Assembly (NCBI GenBank): GCA_050014195.1
Contig: JBEKDT010000015.1
Coordinates: 1 to 64,000, forward strand
From: Desulfomonilia bacterium
Lineage (GTDB): Bacteria > Desulfobacterota > Desulfomonilia > UBA1062
Direction: 5' to 3'
Length of the DNA stretch: 64,000 nucleotides
The position numbers and the translations under genes were made by a program. Position 1 is the first letter of the stretch. Each line of letters opens with the position of its first letter. Below are positions 17,582-27,810 of the stretch, piece after piece. The notes under the pieces are model-generated. The model was not told where the DNA came from. It did not search any database and was given only the letters and a program-made list of their open reading frames with translations.

Positions 17582-19297
17582 TTAACCTGACTTACTCATC
17601 TTAAACGACTTGTCAAGAGAGCGATCATCAAGCAAAGTAAGTTCCTTGAGGCTCTGCTGCTTGAACCTTGCCAAGAGCGAGCCGTGCAGCGCGGGACCAT
17701 TGACGGGTTCGAGCCTTAAGGGATTGACGAACTTGGTCCTGCACTGGACCCTGAAATCGAGATGCGGACCCGTCGCAATGCCTGTCATCCCGACATACCC
17801 GATCACATCTCCCTGGGAGACGTGCTTACCGGGTGTAATCCCTCTGGCGAACCGGCACAGGTGCCCGTAATGAGTGATGTATCCTCCCGGGTGGCAAATG
17901 GTTATGGCCTTGCCGAAGCCCCCCGACCAGCCGCAGGCACTTATCCTGCCTTCACCAAGGGCCACTACCGGGGTACCCATTGGTGCGGCGTAATCCACGC
18001 CCAAGTGGGGTTTCTGGACATGGAAGACTGGGTGGATCCGGTGATAGGAGAAAAATGATGAGATGCGGCGGTAATTGAGCGGCGCCTTTAAGAAAAGCTT
18101 GCGGATGGGTTTGCCGTGTTCGTCATAATACCCATGCATGCCTTTGCCGTTGTCATAATAGACGGCCAAGTGTTCTTCGCCATGCACGACAAAACGCGCC
18201 GCAAGGACGCGTCCGTATCCCTTGAACCTGTCCTGGACATAATACTTCTCATAGAGGACCGTAAAGGTGTCGCCGTCCCTGATCTCGGTAAAGAAGTTGA
18301 TATCCCACCCGAATATGTCCGTGAGGCTCATGACGATCTCCGGGCTCAGGCCCGACTTTACGGCCGATTCATACAGGGAGTCCGTGATGGTCCCCTGGGC
18401 CCGTTCATTTACTACCTCCATGGTCCTCATGTGGGTCTTAGCCTGGAAGATCCCGTCCTTGGGGACCACCTCGATATATGTCACGGGATCGATATCATAG
18501 GTGAGCCTTTCCAAAGATTTTGGAGACGCTCCGGTGACCCATATCTTTAACGGATGTCCGGGGGTAATATCCGCAAGGTTATACTCACGCCTGGTTGAGG
18601 TGAAGAGATTGTGGATCTGGGCAAAGCCGATGCCGCAGGCCTTGAGCAGGCTGAAGATATTGTCCCCTCGCCGCACCTGAAGATCCACCTGCCTCAAGGT
18701 GTCCGCCCTCGGGGCGGATTTTACGATTCGGTCTATCTGCTGGGTCCTGACCTCGATAGTATCGCCATAAATGCTCACAATAAGCCTGCTGAGGTCGGCA
18801 ATCTCATACTCAAGACCCAGGAGTGCCTGGTTATCCTTGTTGAAGATGAGGGTGAGCTCATTCCCTGCCGTAATCCCCGACAGGTCGAATACACCTTTTG
18901 CGTGTTCCATAATATCAAGGACCTGATGCTTGGATATCCCGTTTTCCTGAAGTATGCCGGCAAACGTATCACCGCGGGCCACGGTGAGCACCACCTTGTT
19001 AACTGCCTCAGGGATTAAGCGTTGAGGCTGTTTGACGTGGACTGCCCGATCTTTTGCAGATGTATTGTGATCAGGGGCCCCACTATTTCCCGGAGCCGTG
19101 CGAGGCTGTTCGACCTGTACTCCGGCAAAGGCGGCCTTATGAACCGGAGCCTGGAGGGACCTGGAGGGAGCCGGACCGAGGAATGCCCACAGCATGCCGA
19201 TTACTACGGCAACCATGAGGGCGATAAATCCGAATCTCCTCGGGTTCCTCCCCTTGTTACCCCGGTATATGAACCCCCTCTTGGATATCAAACCCAT
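17582..19297 (-). CDS. M23 family peptidoglycan DD-metalloendopeptidase
   Basis: HLGVDY and GPHLDF motifs, N-terminal TM, OapA/LysM-like repeats. Confidence 0.9.
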   Translation of the reverse strand: MGLISKRGFIYRGNKGRNPRRFGFIALMVAVVIGMLWAFLGPAPSRSLQAPVHKAAFAGVQVEQPRTAPGNSGAPDHNTSAKDRAVHVKQPQRLIPEAVNKVVLTVARGDTFAGILQENGISKHQVLDIMEHAKGVFDLSGITAGNELTLIFNKDNQALLGLEYEIADLSRLIVSIYGDTIEVRTQQIDRIVKSAPRADTLRQVDLQVRRGDNIFSLLKACGIGFAQIHNLFTSTRREYNLADITPGHPLKIWVTGASPKSLERLTYDIDPVTYIEVVPKDGIFQAKTHMRTMEVVNERAQGTITDSLYESAVKSGLSPEIVMSLTDIFGWDINFFTEIRDGDTFTVLYEKYYVQDRFKGYGRVLAARFVVHGEEHLAVYYDNGKGMHGYYDEHGKPIRKLFLKAPLNYRRISSFFSYHRIHPVFHVQKPHLGVDYAAPMGTPVVALGEGRISACGWSGGFGKAITICHPGGYITHYGHLCRFARGITPGKHVSQGDVIGYVGMTGIATGPHLDFRVQCRTKFVNPLRLEPVNGPALHGSLLARFKQQSLKELTLLDDRSLDKSFKMSKSG

Positions 19298-19361
19298 GAT
19301 TAGCGCCCTTTATAAAAGGATTTTCTTGCCATATCAAGCCATTTTGTCTTTTATAGTACGC

Positions 19362-20000
19362 GTGCAAATATTCGTTGCCGATATCCATCTCAGGCCGGAT
19401 TCTAAAGAAGAGGCCGCCAGATTCATCTCATGGCTCTTAAAGGCCGTTCGCGATGCAGATGGGATCTACATCCTGGGCGATCTCTTTGACTACTGGTATA
19501 CGGGCCTGGAAGAACGGTTCCACGATGTGATCGAAGCACTTCGATCCCCCAAAGTCCATCTGATGCCGGGAAACCGGGACTTCCTCTTGAAGAATTCCAG
19601 CCTGCCGGGTGTTACGATCATACGCACCGAGGAGATTTTCATCACGATAGGTGATAGTAAAGTCCTTCTCGCGCACGGACATACACTCACCGAGGCCGAT
19701 GCCGGGTTCAGACTGCTGCACAGATATGGATGGCCCCTCTTTGAGCGCATCGATCAATGGTTGCCGCCTTCCCTCAAGGAACTCTGCGCCAGGGCTCTTG
19801 TGCAATCTTCTGCTGTCATCCGCCCGTTATCAGTTGAAATCCGCCGGAACATTGAAGAAGAAAAAGGCGTGGACACAGTAATCTGCGGCCATCTCCACCG
19901 ATACATCACAGAAAAAGGCCTTATCGTATTGCCGGCCTTCCATGACAGCGGGTCATGGCTTGCCTGGGATGAGTCAGGGCCGCATCTGTATACTCTCTAA
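19362..20000 (+). CDS. lpxH: UDP-2,3-diacylglucosamine hydrolase (LpxH-like metallophosphoesterase)
   Basis: DIH, LGDLFD, GNRD, HG, GHLH motifs; GTG start at 19362. Confidence 0.75.
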   Translation: MQIFVADIHLRPDSKEEAARFISWLLKAVRDADGIYILGDLFDYWYTGLEERFHDVIEALRSPKVHLMPGNRDFLLKNSSLPGVTIIRTEEIFITIGDSKVLLAHGHTLTEADAGFRLLHRYGWPLFERIDQWLPPSLKELCARALVQSSAVIRPLSVEIRRNIEEEKGVDTVICGHLHRYITEKGLIVLPAFHDSGSWLAWDESGPHLYTL

Positions 20001-20110
20001 AGAATCGCCGGAAGCGGTTCTACAAACCCGCATGCCTGTTGGCCTACTGATCCCCCTCTTAAGTCAAACGCTGCGCTGAGTTTCACCTACGAAACCCTAC
20101 GACGGTGCTG

Positions 20111-20135
20111 GTCGCGGCTTCAAGCCGCTCCTACA
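20111..20135. repeat. GTAG-type REP
   Basis: gtcgcggcttcaagccgctcctaca. Confidence 0.75.
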
Positions 20136-20159
20136 CCCAATCTACCTGTTCTGGCGAGA

Positions 20160-21314
20160 CTACCCCGACAGTGCGATCTTGGCGATCATGGGCGCTGCGA
20201 TGAATACGCCTATGGTGCTTCCCAGGTTGGCCATGAAGAAGACCAGCAGAATCCTGGCAATGGGGTTTTTCCACCAGCCCTTCAACGAGAGGATATCGTC
20301 ATGGATCGTCTCAAAGTCAGATACTTTTGGCTTCTTCAGATATGCCTCGCTTAAGCCTGCAAACCATCCAGAGGGGACCGTGTGAACGATGGTCGTTATG
20401 GGGGAGACGAGTGCTGCAATGATCACCGTCACCGGGTGGGCAAGGGCAAGGATCGTGGCTAATGCAGTGCAGACCATGGTGGAGACCACCCACCACTTGA
20501 TCATATCATAGCCCTGCTTGGGGCTGCCGTAAAAGAATACGGAAACTATCACGGCAAGTATGGAAAGCGGGATAATCCATTTTATAAGGCCGGCCCTCTT
20601 CGGAGGGACCTCTTCAAGCCGCGCCAGATCTTCCACGGGATGGTCTAGCTGGCCCATGAGCCCATGCATGTGGCCCGCCCCTATGACTGCAAGCACCTTG
20701 CCTGTTGAGATATCCGCCAGCTTACGGGCCATGTAGGCGTCGCGCTCATCGATGAGCACCTCTTTAATCGTGGGGGCGTACTTGGCCATCTCCTCCACCG
20801 CAGTGGTGAGCACATCCTTTTCTTTGAGCTTTTCAATATCCTTTTCATCGATCTCTTCAGCCTCGAAGATAGCGAGGAGCGCTGCATAGATCAGCTTCAT
20901 CTTCTTCCACAAGGAGAGTCCCCGCCATGCCCGTGCCAGGGTGATCTGGACGTTCCTGTCCACAAGCACTACCTCGATGCCTAAAGCCTTGGCCTCCTCG
21001 ATGGCAGCCCGCATCTCGTCACCCGGCTTGACCCCGAGCTTTTCACCAATACGCCTCTGGAAGGAAGACATCACGAGGCTGGCCATGAGAAAGGCCGCCT
21101 TCTTCTCTTTTACGACCTTGAAGATATCCATGTTCTGCCAGGCTAAGGGATTCATCATGACATCATAACGGGCCTGACACAGCTCGACAGCCACGGTATC
21201 AGGCCTGGCCTCCCGGATGGCGGACCGGACTTCCTCAACAGAGGTCTTGGAAACGTGTGCAGTGCCTACAATAATGATCTCTTTGCCCGACAGTTGTATC
21301 TTCTCAATAGACAT
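20160..21314 (-). CDS. TraB/PrgY/GumN family protein
   Basis: VGTAHVS, VAVELC..R, PGDEM, LIDERDAYM, IGAGH, C-terminal TM region. Confidence 0.92.
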   Translation of the reverse strand: MSIEKIQLSGKEIIIVGTAHVSKTSVEEVRSAIREARPDTVAVELCQARYDVMMNPLAWQNMDIFKVVKEKKAAFLMASLVMSSFQRRIGEKLGVKPGDEMRAAIEEAKALGIEVVLVDRNVQITLARAWRGLSLWKKMKLIYAALLAIFEAEEIDEKDIEKLKEKDVLTTAVEEMAKYAPTIKEVLIDERDAYMARKLADISTGKVLAVIGAGHMHGLMGQLDHPVEDLARLEEVPPKRAGLIKWIIPLSILAVIVSVFFYGSPKQGYDMIKWWVVSTMVCTALATILALAHPVTVIIAALVSPITTIVHTVPSGWFAGLSEAYLKKPKVSDFETIHDDILSLKGWWKNPIARILLVFFMANLGSTIGVFIAAPMIAKIALSG

Positions 21315-21355
21315 TTGGTTCCTCGTTCTTACATGATCGGCCTCTATACCGATGA

Positions 21356-21856
21356 TCATTTTCTCAAAAAGACAAGCTCGGAGAGTTCCTTCCTCTGAGG
21401 ATTGCCGAAAATCGGCTCGGCAGGGTAGCCCAGGGCGATCACCGCCATGAGCTCATAGGCTGCCGGCGCTTCAAGAAGGAGCTTAAGCTCTTTTTCACTT
21501 TTCAGGATCTCCCCCAGCCACACTCCCCCGAGCCCAAGCGCGTGGACCTCCAGGAGCATGTTCTGGATACAGGCCCCGACGGCCTGCACATCCTTGGTAT
21601 GGTGATAGCTGGTGGCGGTATCAAGGAAAACTGAAATGAGCACGTCGGAGCCCTGAACGACCTTGCCGTAGCGGGTCAGCCCGCTCACCATATCCTTGAG
21701 GTTTTTATCTCGGATGACGGCAAACCTCCAGGGTTGGTTGTTCATGCCCGAGGGGGCATACCTTCCCGCCTCCAGTATCTCATTGACCAGATCATCACCG
21801 ACCTCTTTGTCTGTGAAGGCCCGTATACTCCTGCGGGTCTTAATGAGATCCAGCAT
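21356..21856 (-). CDS. Nitroreductase family protein
   Basis: RRSIRAF, APSGMNNQPWRF, LGLGGVW, ALGYP; ATG at 21856. Confidence 0.92.
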   Translation of the reverse strand: MLDLIKTRRSIRAFTDKEVGDDLVNEILEAGRYAPSGMNNQPWRFAVIRDKNLKDMVSGLTRYGKVVQGSDVLISVFLDTATSYHHTKDVQAVGACIQNMLLEVHALGLGGVWLGEILKSEKELKLLLEAPAAYELMAVIALGYPAEPIFGNPQRKELSELVFLRK

Positions 21857-22965
21857 GTGCTCCTTCCTTGGTGGATGCATTATTGATAAGGTATGCATCG
21901 ATAAATGCCGAGATGTCGCCGTCCAGCACCGCACTGACATTACCCACCTCAAGATTTGTGCGGTGGTCCTTAACGAGCTGGTAGGGCTGCAGGACATAGG
22001 AACGTATTTGTGAGCCCCAGGCAATATCCTTCTTGCCCTTAGAAAACTCGTTCATGCGCTCCTTCTGCTTCATCTCCTCCAGCTCATAGAGCTTTGATGC
22101 CAAGAGCTTCATGGCAAAGGCCTTGTTCTTGTGCTGGGAGCGCTCGTTCTGACACTGGACAACGGTATTCGTGGGCAGGTGGGTGATCCTTACGGCCGAG
22201 TCGGTCTTGTTCACGTGCTGGCCCCCATGGCCCGAAGCACGATAGGTGTCTATCCGCAAGTCTTTCTCATCGATGTTGATGTCTATGTTCTGGTCCACCT
22301 CGGGTGTTGCGAGCACGGAGGCGAAGGATGTGTGCCTCCGTTTGTTGGCATCATAGGGCGATATGCGTACCAGCCTGTGGACGCCTGTCTCTCCCTTGAG
22401 ATAGCCGTAGGCCCACTGGCCCGATATCTCGACGGTAGCGTGCTTGATGCCGGCCTCTTCATCGGATGATATATCGATGATCCTGGCGGTGTAGTTGTTC
22501 ATCTCCGCCCACCTGAGGTACATGCGCAGCAGCATCTCCGCCCAATCCTGGGCCTCCAGGCCCCCGGCGCCTGCATGTATCTCCAGGAAGGCCCCCTTCG
22601 CATCATCGCGGCCCGAGAGCACATGTGCCTTTTCAATTGAATTGATATGCTTTTCAAGCTGCTTGAGGGTGTCTGTGATATCGGAGATAACGCCTTGCTC
22701 GTCATCCTTGGCAAGCTCTAAGAGGACCTGCAGGTCCTCCCAGTGTGTCGAAACCATCCGCCATTGCGAAAGGATTCCGGTGATCCTGGATTTTTCCGAC
22801 TGGAGGTCCCTGGTCTTTGATGGGTCTTTCCAGACTTCAGGCTGGATCAGGAGGGTTTCTATCTCAGAAAGCCTTTTCTCGCGTAAAGGGATTTCAAAGA
22901 TACCCCCTCATGGCGCCCAGGCGTTCGCCGATTTCTCCTATCTGTTGCTGGTAATCTGCTATCAT
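21840..22965 (-). CDS. prfB: Peptide chain release factor 2 with +1 programmed frameshift (join 22965-22897, 22895-21840)
   Basis: First 23 codons MIADY...MRGYL end in AGGGGG-tat-CTT-TGA; the +1 frame continues to SPY and GGQ motifs. Confidence 0.97.
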
Positions 22966-24491
22966 GGGACCTTGGCTTTAACACCCGAATACAGCATTGT
23001 CAATGCCGCGATTGTTGAAGCGGCAGCCCATAAAAGTGCAATGAGCGGACCGAAGCGCACATAGAAGCTTATATAATCGATCTTTTGAATATCGCAAACA
23101 ATCATACCCTCTTTGAGCAACCCGATCCGGGCAACAACCTTGCCATGGGGGTCGATGATGGCTGATATTCCATGGTTCACTGCACGCACCACCCACCTTC
23201 TTGTCTCGATGGCCCTGAAGCACAGGAACTGGAGGTGCTGCTCGGGTGTGGACCAGGTCTTGAACCATGCATCGTTGGACATATTCACCAGGAGCCGAGC
23301 ACCCTGCTTGCAGAGTTTGCGGGAGATATCCGGGAAGATGCTCTCAAAGCAGATGAGTACACCGATGCCGTCGATGGGCTTTACCGACGTACCGGCGCTG
23401 AAGTCGCCCACCTCGGAGGTGAGGTCGCCGAAAAAGTGCTTAAGCAGACCTGACAGGGGCAGGTATTCTCCAAAGGGAACCAGGTGCACCTTGTCGTAAA
23501 TCCCCTCGATCCTGCCGCTCCGCAGCAGATACGCCCGGTTGTAGAACTTGCCGTCTTCATAGGCCGGGCTCCCCACAAGCAGGTCTGCCTGGGTGGCTGC
23601 GCTGATATTCAAGACACGCAACGTCTGAGGCCACTGTCTGAAGAGGTAGAAGGTGCAAGCAGTCTCGGGCCACACTACAAGCTGCGCCTTTTGGGAGAGG
23701 GCCTGCCGGGTCAGCGATAGGTAGGTGTCCAGCGTGGCATCTACCTGCTCCTTGCGCCATTTCTGGTCCTGGGGAACATTGGCCTGGGCTGCAGCAGCCT
23801 TGATAGGCGTACCGTCAAGGTATTGCGTGCTGATGCGCCACTGCCCGAATCCCGCACAGACAATGAGCAGGACCACTGCAATGGCCATAGGGGTAAACTG
23901 TTTTTTAAGGGCCTGATAAATGGCAACATTGCCTGTCATGACTATGGCACTGATCAGGAATACCCCTCCCAACTCGGCGGTCTGGGCAAGGGTGGAGAAT
24001 GGGAGCTGGGAATGGCCAAGCAGGGCCCAGGGAAAACCGGAGAACATCGCATATGAACGTATGAGCTCAAGGGCTACCCATATCCCCGGCAGTATAAGAA
24101 AGGCAAACCTTGAATCCGTAAGCCTTGATGCCACCAGGGCAAAAACCCCGAAGTACAGCGCAAGGTAGGCAAGAAGGAGGATAAGGAGCAGGACTGCAAT
24201 GAAAAGGCTCATCCCTCCATAGGTACTCATGACCAGGGCGATCCAGTAGACCACACCCGCCCAGGCGATGAGCCCTGCGATCATACCGGAAAGGAACGCT
24301 TGGCCTGGTCCGGCCCCCTCAACACAGAACAAGAGCGGCACAGTGAATATCCACGCCAGAGGCCAGAGATTATAGGAAGGGAAGGCAAGTGCATAGAGAA
24401 TACCGGTCAGGACGGGGAGGAGGATATTCTTAAGGAGAGCCCTTAAAGGAATCCTCTCGGATACGCCATGGCTCTTAGCGCGGTGCTTCAC
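22962..24491 (-). CDS. lnt: Apolipoprotein N-acyltransferase
   Basis: GFPW, WPET, YDKVHLVPFGEY, ICFES, NDAWF; multiple TM helices. Confidence 0.96.
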   Translation of the reverse strand: MKHRAKSHGVSERIPLRALLKNILLPVLTGILYALAFPSYNLWPLAWIFTVPLLFCVEGAGPGQAFLSGMIAGLIAWAGVVYWIALVMSTYGGMSLFIAVLLLILLLAYLALYFGVFALVASRLTDSRFAFLILPGIWVALELIRSYAMFSGFPWALLGHSQLPFSTLAQTAELGGVFLISAIVMTGNVAIYQALKKQFTPMAIAVVLLIVCAGFGQWRISTQYLDGTPIKAAAAQANVPQDQKWRKEQVDATLDTYLSLTRQALSQKAQLVVWPETACTFYLFRQWPQTLRVLNISAATQADLLVGSPAYEDGKFYNRAYLLRSGRIEGIYDKVHLVPFGEYLPLSGLLKHFFGDLTSEVGDFSAGTSVKPIDGIGVLICFESIFPDISRKLCKQGARLLVNMSNDAWFKTWSTPEQHLQFLCFRAIETRRWVVRAVNHGISAIIDPHGKVVARIGLLKEGMIVCDIQKIDYISFYVRFGPLIALLWAAASTIAALTMLYSGVKAKVP

Positions 24492-25351
24492 TCTTCCTTC
24501 CTTGAGGGCGCATGGACCAAAAGCTTGTGAATCCGCCTCTTGTCAGCCCCCACGACTTCAAAGACTAAACGGGCATACTCGAGCTTCTCGCCGGGTTTTG
24601 GAATGCGCTCCATCCGGGTGGTGATGAACCCGGCCACCGTGTCGTAATCACCGTCAGGTATCTCGATCTCAAATGCCTCGGCAAATTCGTCGATGGGCAT
24701 CATAGGGTTGACCGTAAAGATCCCGGCGCCTTTGGGTATGACATATTCCTCGATATCGTCTCCCTCCTCGCCGATCATGTCGCCTACGATCTCCTCCATG
24801 AGATCGCCTAAGGTTATCAGCCCGTCCACACTGCCGTATTCGTCAATGATGATGGCGAGCTTGGTCCGCTTTTCCCTGAACTCATTCAAGAGATCGATAA
24901 GCTTCTTTCCCTCGGGGATGAAGAAGGGGGGATGCATGAGCTGCCTGATGTCCTTGATTTCATCACGGGAGTTCCAGTACTTGAGCATATCCTTGGCATA
25001 GACAATGCCGACAATGTTGTCCAGGCTGTCTTCATAAACCGGTATCCGGGAGTATCCCTCCCTTGTGAAGATCTCGGCAAGCTCATCTAAGGTTGCAGTG
25101 CTCGGGAGCGCCACAATATCACCCTTGGGCACCATGATCTCACCGGAAGATGTATCCTTGAGCACAAGGATATTCTGGATCATGTCGCCCTGGTCCTCAC
25201 CGATGATGCCATGCCCTTCCACATCATCAAGGATCTTTTCGATCTTCCTCTTCGTATCCGTAGTGCCCGCGTCGTCCTTGGCCTTGGTAAGGAAGAGCCA
25301 TAAACGCTTCAAGAGGGTGTCCGGAGGCTGGTACTCACTATTACTGCCCAA
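24488..25351 (-). CDS. CorC/HlyC family CBS-domain protein
   Basis: YSRIPVY, IDEYG, LMEEIVG, YDTVAG; conserved position upstream of lnt. Confidence 0.92.
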   Translation of the reverse strand: MGSNSEYQPPDTLLKRLWLFLTKAKDDAGTTDTKRKIEKILDDVEGHGIIGEDQGDMIQNILVLKDTSSGEIMVPKGDIVALPSTATLDELAEIFTREGYSRIPVYEDSLDNIVGIVYAKDMLKYWNSRDEIKDIRQLMHPPFFIPEGKKLIDLLNEFREKRTKLAIIIDEYGSVDGLITLGDLMEEIVGDMIGEEGDDIEEYVIPKGAGIFTVNPMMPIDEFAEAFEIEIPDGDYDTVAGFITTRMERIPKPGEKLEYARLVFEVVGADKRRIHKLLVHAPSRKEE

Positions 25352-25471
25352 TTATAAATCTCCTCTATACGCTGACTTCAGATCCTTATTTCTATCGGAA
25401 ACATCCTGAACAGTCAATGCGAGGTCACAAAATGGGCGTAAGCATGCGCTGTATGCGGTATGATCCACATT

Positions 25472-25530
25472 TGTAGAAGCGGCTTTAGCCGCGACCCGTT
25501 CCGGATGTCGCAGCTAAAGCCGCTCCTACA
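25472..25530. repeat. Inverted REP doublet (REPIN-like)
   Basis: tgtagaagcggctttagccgcgac-ccgttccggat-gtcgcagctaaagccgctcctaca; spacer resembles that at 3681-3691. Confidence 0.85.
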
Positions 25531-25546
25531 GTGCGATCCCGACTTA

Positions 25547-25600
25547 TTCCCTATTCACTAGTCACTGATCACTATCTGATCGCTGTTCACTGTTCACTGA
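25547..25600. repeat. 7-bp tandem repeat array (NTCACTR)
   Basis: ttcccta ttcacta gtcactg atcacta ... atcgctg ttcactg ttcactg. Confidence 0.6.
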
Positions 25601-25648
25601 TAGTATGCTATGACAGGAAGGCTAAATTCACGCTTCAGGAGCATACGC

Positions 25649-26482
25649 ATGCAGAACCATGAATTCACCGGCGGCAAGAATTACGTTCTCGACCCTGAGC
25701 TATCGAAGATCGTGAACGCCAGCATCAAGCTCGAGATGCCTTTACTCATCAAGGGAGAGCCCGGTACGGGCAAGACCCTTCTGGCGCACGCAATTGCGGA
25801 AAATTTATCAATGCCGCTCATCATACTGAATGTCAAATCCAGCATGAAGGCAATCGAGGCCTTGTACCAGTACGATACCCTGACGCGGCTGAACGACAGC
25901 CGCTTCGGTGACTCCAATCGTGACGTGAGCAATATTGAGCACTATATCAAGATGGGAAAGATCGGCCAGGCCTTTGCATCACAGGCCAAGGTCGTGCTGC
26001 TCATCGACGAGATCGACAAGGCCGACACCGACTTCCAGGACGACCTCTTGGACGTGCTCGACCAGATGTCGTTCGACATCATCGAGATCGATAAGACTTA
26101 TCAGGCAAAAAACAGACCCATCATCATTATTACATCCAATGCCAAGAAGGACCTCTCTGACCCCTTCCTGGGCAGGTGCGTGTTCCACCATATCGCCTTC
26201 CCGGATACCGAGATGATGAACGCCATTGTGCATGCCCACTTCCCGGATCTTAATAAGAGGCTTTCAGATGCCTGCATCGAGACCTTCTACCGCCTGCGGA
26301 ATGTCAGGGGTATCGAGAAGAAGCCCGCCACCAGGGAACTCATCAACTGGATCAGGATCCTGCTTATGGACCAAGACTTCGACCCCAAGTATCTCTCCAG
26401 GAACGATATCCCCTACCTGGGGGTACTGTTTAAGAAAAGTGAGGATTTCAAGATCGTACAGAGGCAGATCACCGGCACTTAG
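25649..26482 (+). CDS. MoxR-family AAA+ ATPase
   Basis: GEPGTGKT, LLIDEIDKAD, TSN; AGGAG RBS; followed by a VWA partner. Confidence 0.92.
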   Translation: MQNHEFTGGKNYVLDPELSKIVNASIKLEMPLLIKGEPGTGKTLLAHAIAENLSMPLIILNVKSSMKAIEALYQYDTLTRLNDSRFGDSNRDVSNIEHYIKMGKIGQAFASQAKVVLLIDEIDKADTDFQDDLLDVLDQMSFDIIEIDKTYQAKNRPIIIITSNAKKDLSDPFLGRCVFHHIAFPDTEMMNAIVHAHFPDLNKRLSDACIETFYRLRNVRGIEKKPATRELINWIRILLMDQDFDPKYLSRNDIPYLGVLFKKSEDFKIVQRQITGT

Positions 26483-26506
26483 GAACAAGGACGAAAAGGC
26501 ACAAGA

Positions 26507-27697
26507 ATGTTCACGGAGTTCTTCTATCTGCTCAGAGACAGGGGCGTCCCCATCTCGCCGTCGAGCTTTTTACGGCTCCAGGAGGCATTGCACAAAGGAT
26601 GCATAACCTCGCTGGACGACCTGTATTCGGTGAGCAGGGCCGTCCTTATCAAGACCGAGCGTCATTTCGACACCTACGACCGCGTATTCGCCCACTACTT
26701 CCAGGGTGCCGAACTGAGTCCTGAGGCCTACGCCGAGATAGACCTGGCCATAAAGGCCCTGCTGGATGAGTGGCTCAAAGAACCCAAGGCCATGGCCGAG
26801 TTTCTGGGTATCGACGAAGAAACCCTGAACAAGCTCACCCCCGAACAGCTCGAAGAATACTTTCGCCGGCGCCTTGCCGAGCAGACAGAGAGGCACGACG
26901 GGGGCAACCGGTGGATCGGCACCGGTGGCACCTCGCCTGTGGGACACTCCGGCTATCACCCGGGCGGTATGCGCGTGGGCGGACAGTCTCGCAACAAATC
27001 GGCCGTGAAGGTGGCCCTCGAGAGGCGCTATAAGGACTACACCGATGACGCAAGGCTCGGGCCCTCCCAGATTTCGGATGCCATGAAGAGGCTCCGCCAC
27101 ATGACGCCTTCCGGCCCCAAAGACCATCTGAATATCGATGAGACCATCTACCAGACCATGAAAAACGCCGGCGAGATCGAGATCATCTTTGACCGGTCGC
27201 TGAAGGACAAGCTTAAGATAATCCTCATGATAGACAACGGAGGGTTCTCCATGGACCCCTACATCAATGTGGTGCAGGTGCTTTTCAACCATGCCAAGAA
27301 CCAGTTCAAGGACCTTAAGATCTTCTATTTCCATAACACTATTTACAATCGCGTATGGAAAGACCCTCAACGATACGATAAGCCCGTCGTGGTTGATGAG
27401 TTCACACGATTTGACCCTGAGACCAGGCTGATCATCGTGGGTGATGCATCCATGGCCCCCTACGAGCTCTTAAGCCGCAACGGGAGCATCTACTACAACA
27501 CAAAGACGGACCCGAGCATAATGATGCTTGAATTCCTTGCCAGGACGTTCAAACATAGTGTATGGCTCAACCCCAAGTATGAATATACCTGGTCGCACAC
27601 CCAGACGGTGGAAGCGATCCAGGAGATATTCCCCATGTTCGAGATAACGCTGAAAGGTCTCGAAAAGGCGGTTGAGCGCTTGATGAGCAAGAATTGA
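26507..27697 (+). CDS. VWA-domain (CoxE-like) MoxR partner protein
   Basis: RHDGGNRWIGTGGTSPVG, DNGGFSM, FYFHN, VGDASMAPYEL. Confidence 0.88.
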   Translation: MFTEFFYLLRDRGVPISPSSFLRLQEALHKGCITSLDDLYSVSRAVLIKTERHFDTYDRVFAHYFQGAELSPEAYAEIDLAIKALLDEWLKEPKAMAEFLGIDEETLNKLTPEQLEEYFRRRLAEQTERHDGGNRWIGTGGTSPVGHSGYHPGGMRVGGQSRNKSAVKVALERRYKDYTDDARLGPSQISDAMKRLRHMTPSGPKDHLNIDETIYQTMKNAGEIEIIFDRSLKDKLKIILMIDNGGFSMDPYINVVQVLFNHAKNQFKDLKIFYFHNTIYNRVWKDPQRYDKPVVVDEFTRFDPETRLIIVGDASMAPYELLSRNGSIYYNTKTDPSIMMLEFLARTFKHSVWLNPKYEYTWSHTQTVEAIQEIFPMFEITLKGLEKAVERLMSKN

Positions 27698-27704
27698 AAC
27701 ATCT

Positions 27705-27781
27705 GCGCCCGTAGCTCAGTAGGATAGAGCGTAGGCCTCCGGAGCCTAAGGTCACAGGTTCGATCCCTGTCGGGCGCGCCA
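27705..27781 (+). tRNA. tRNA-Arg (anticodon CCG)
   Basis: GCGCCCG acceptor stem, D-arm, taggc-ctCCGga-gccta anticodon arm, GGTTCGATCC T-loop, encoded CCA. Confidence 0.97.
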
Positions 27782-27810
27782 GTTTTTGATATAGTATCAT
27801 AACAGATACA

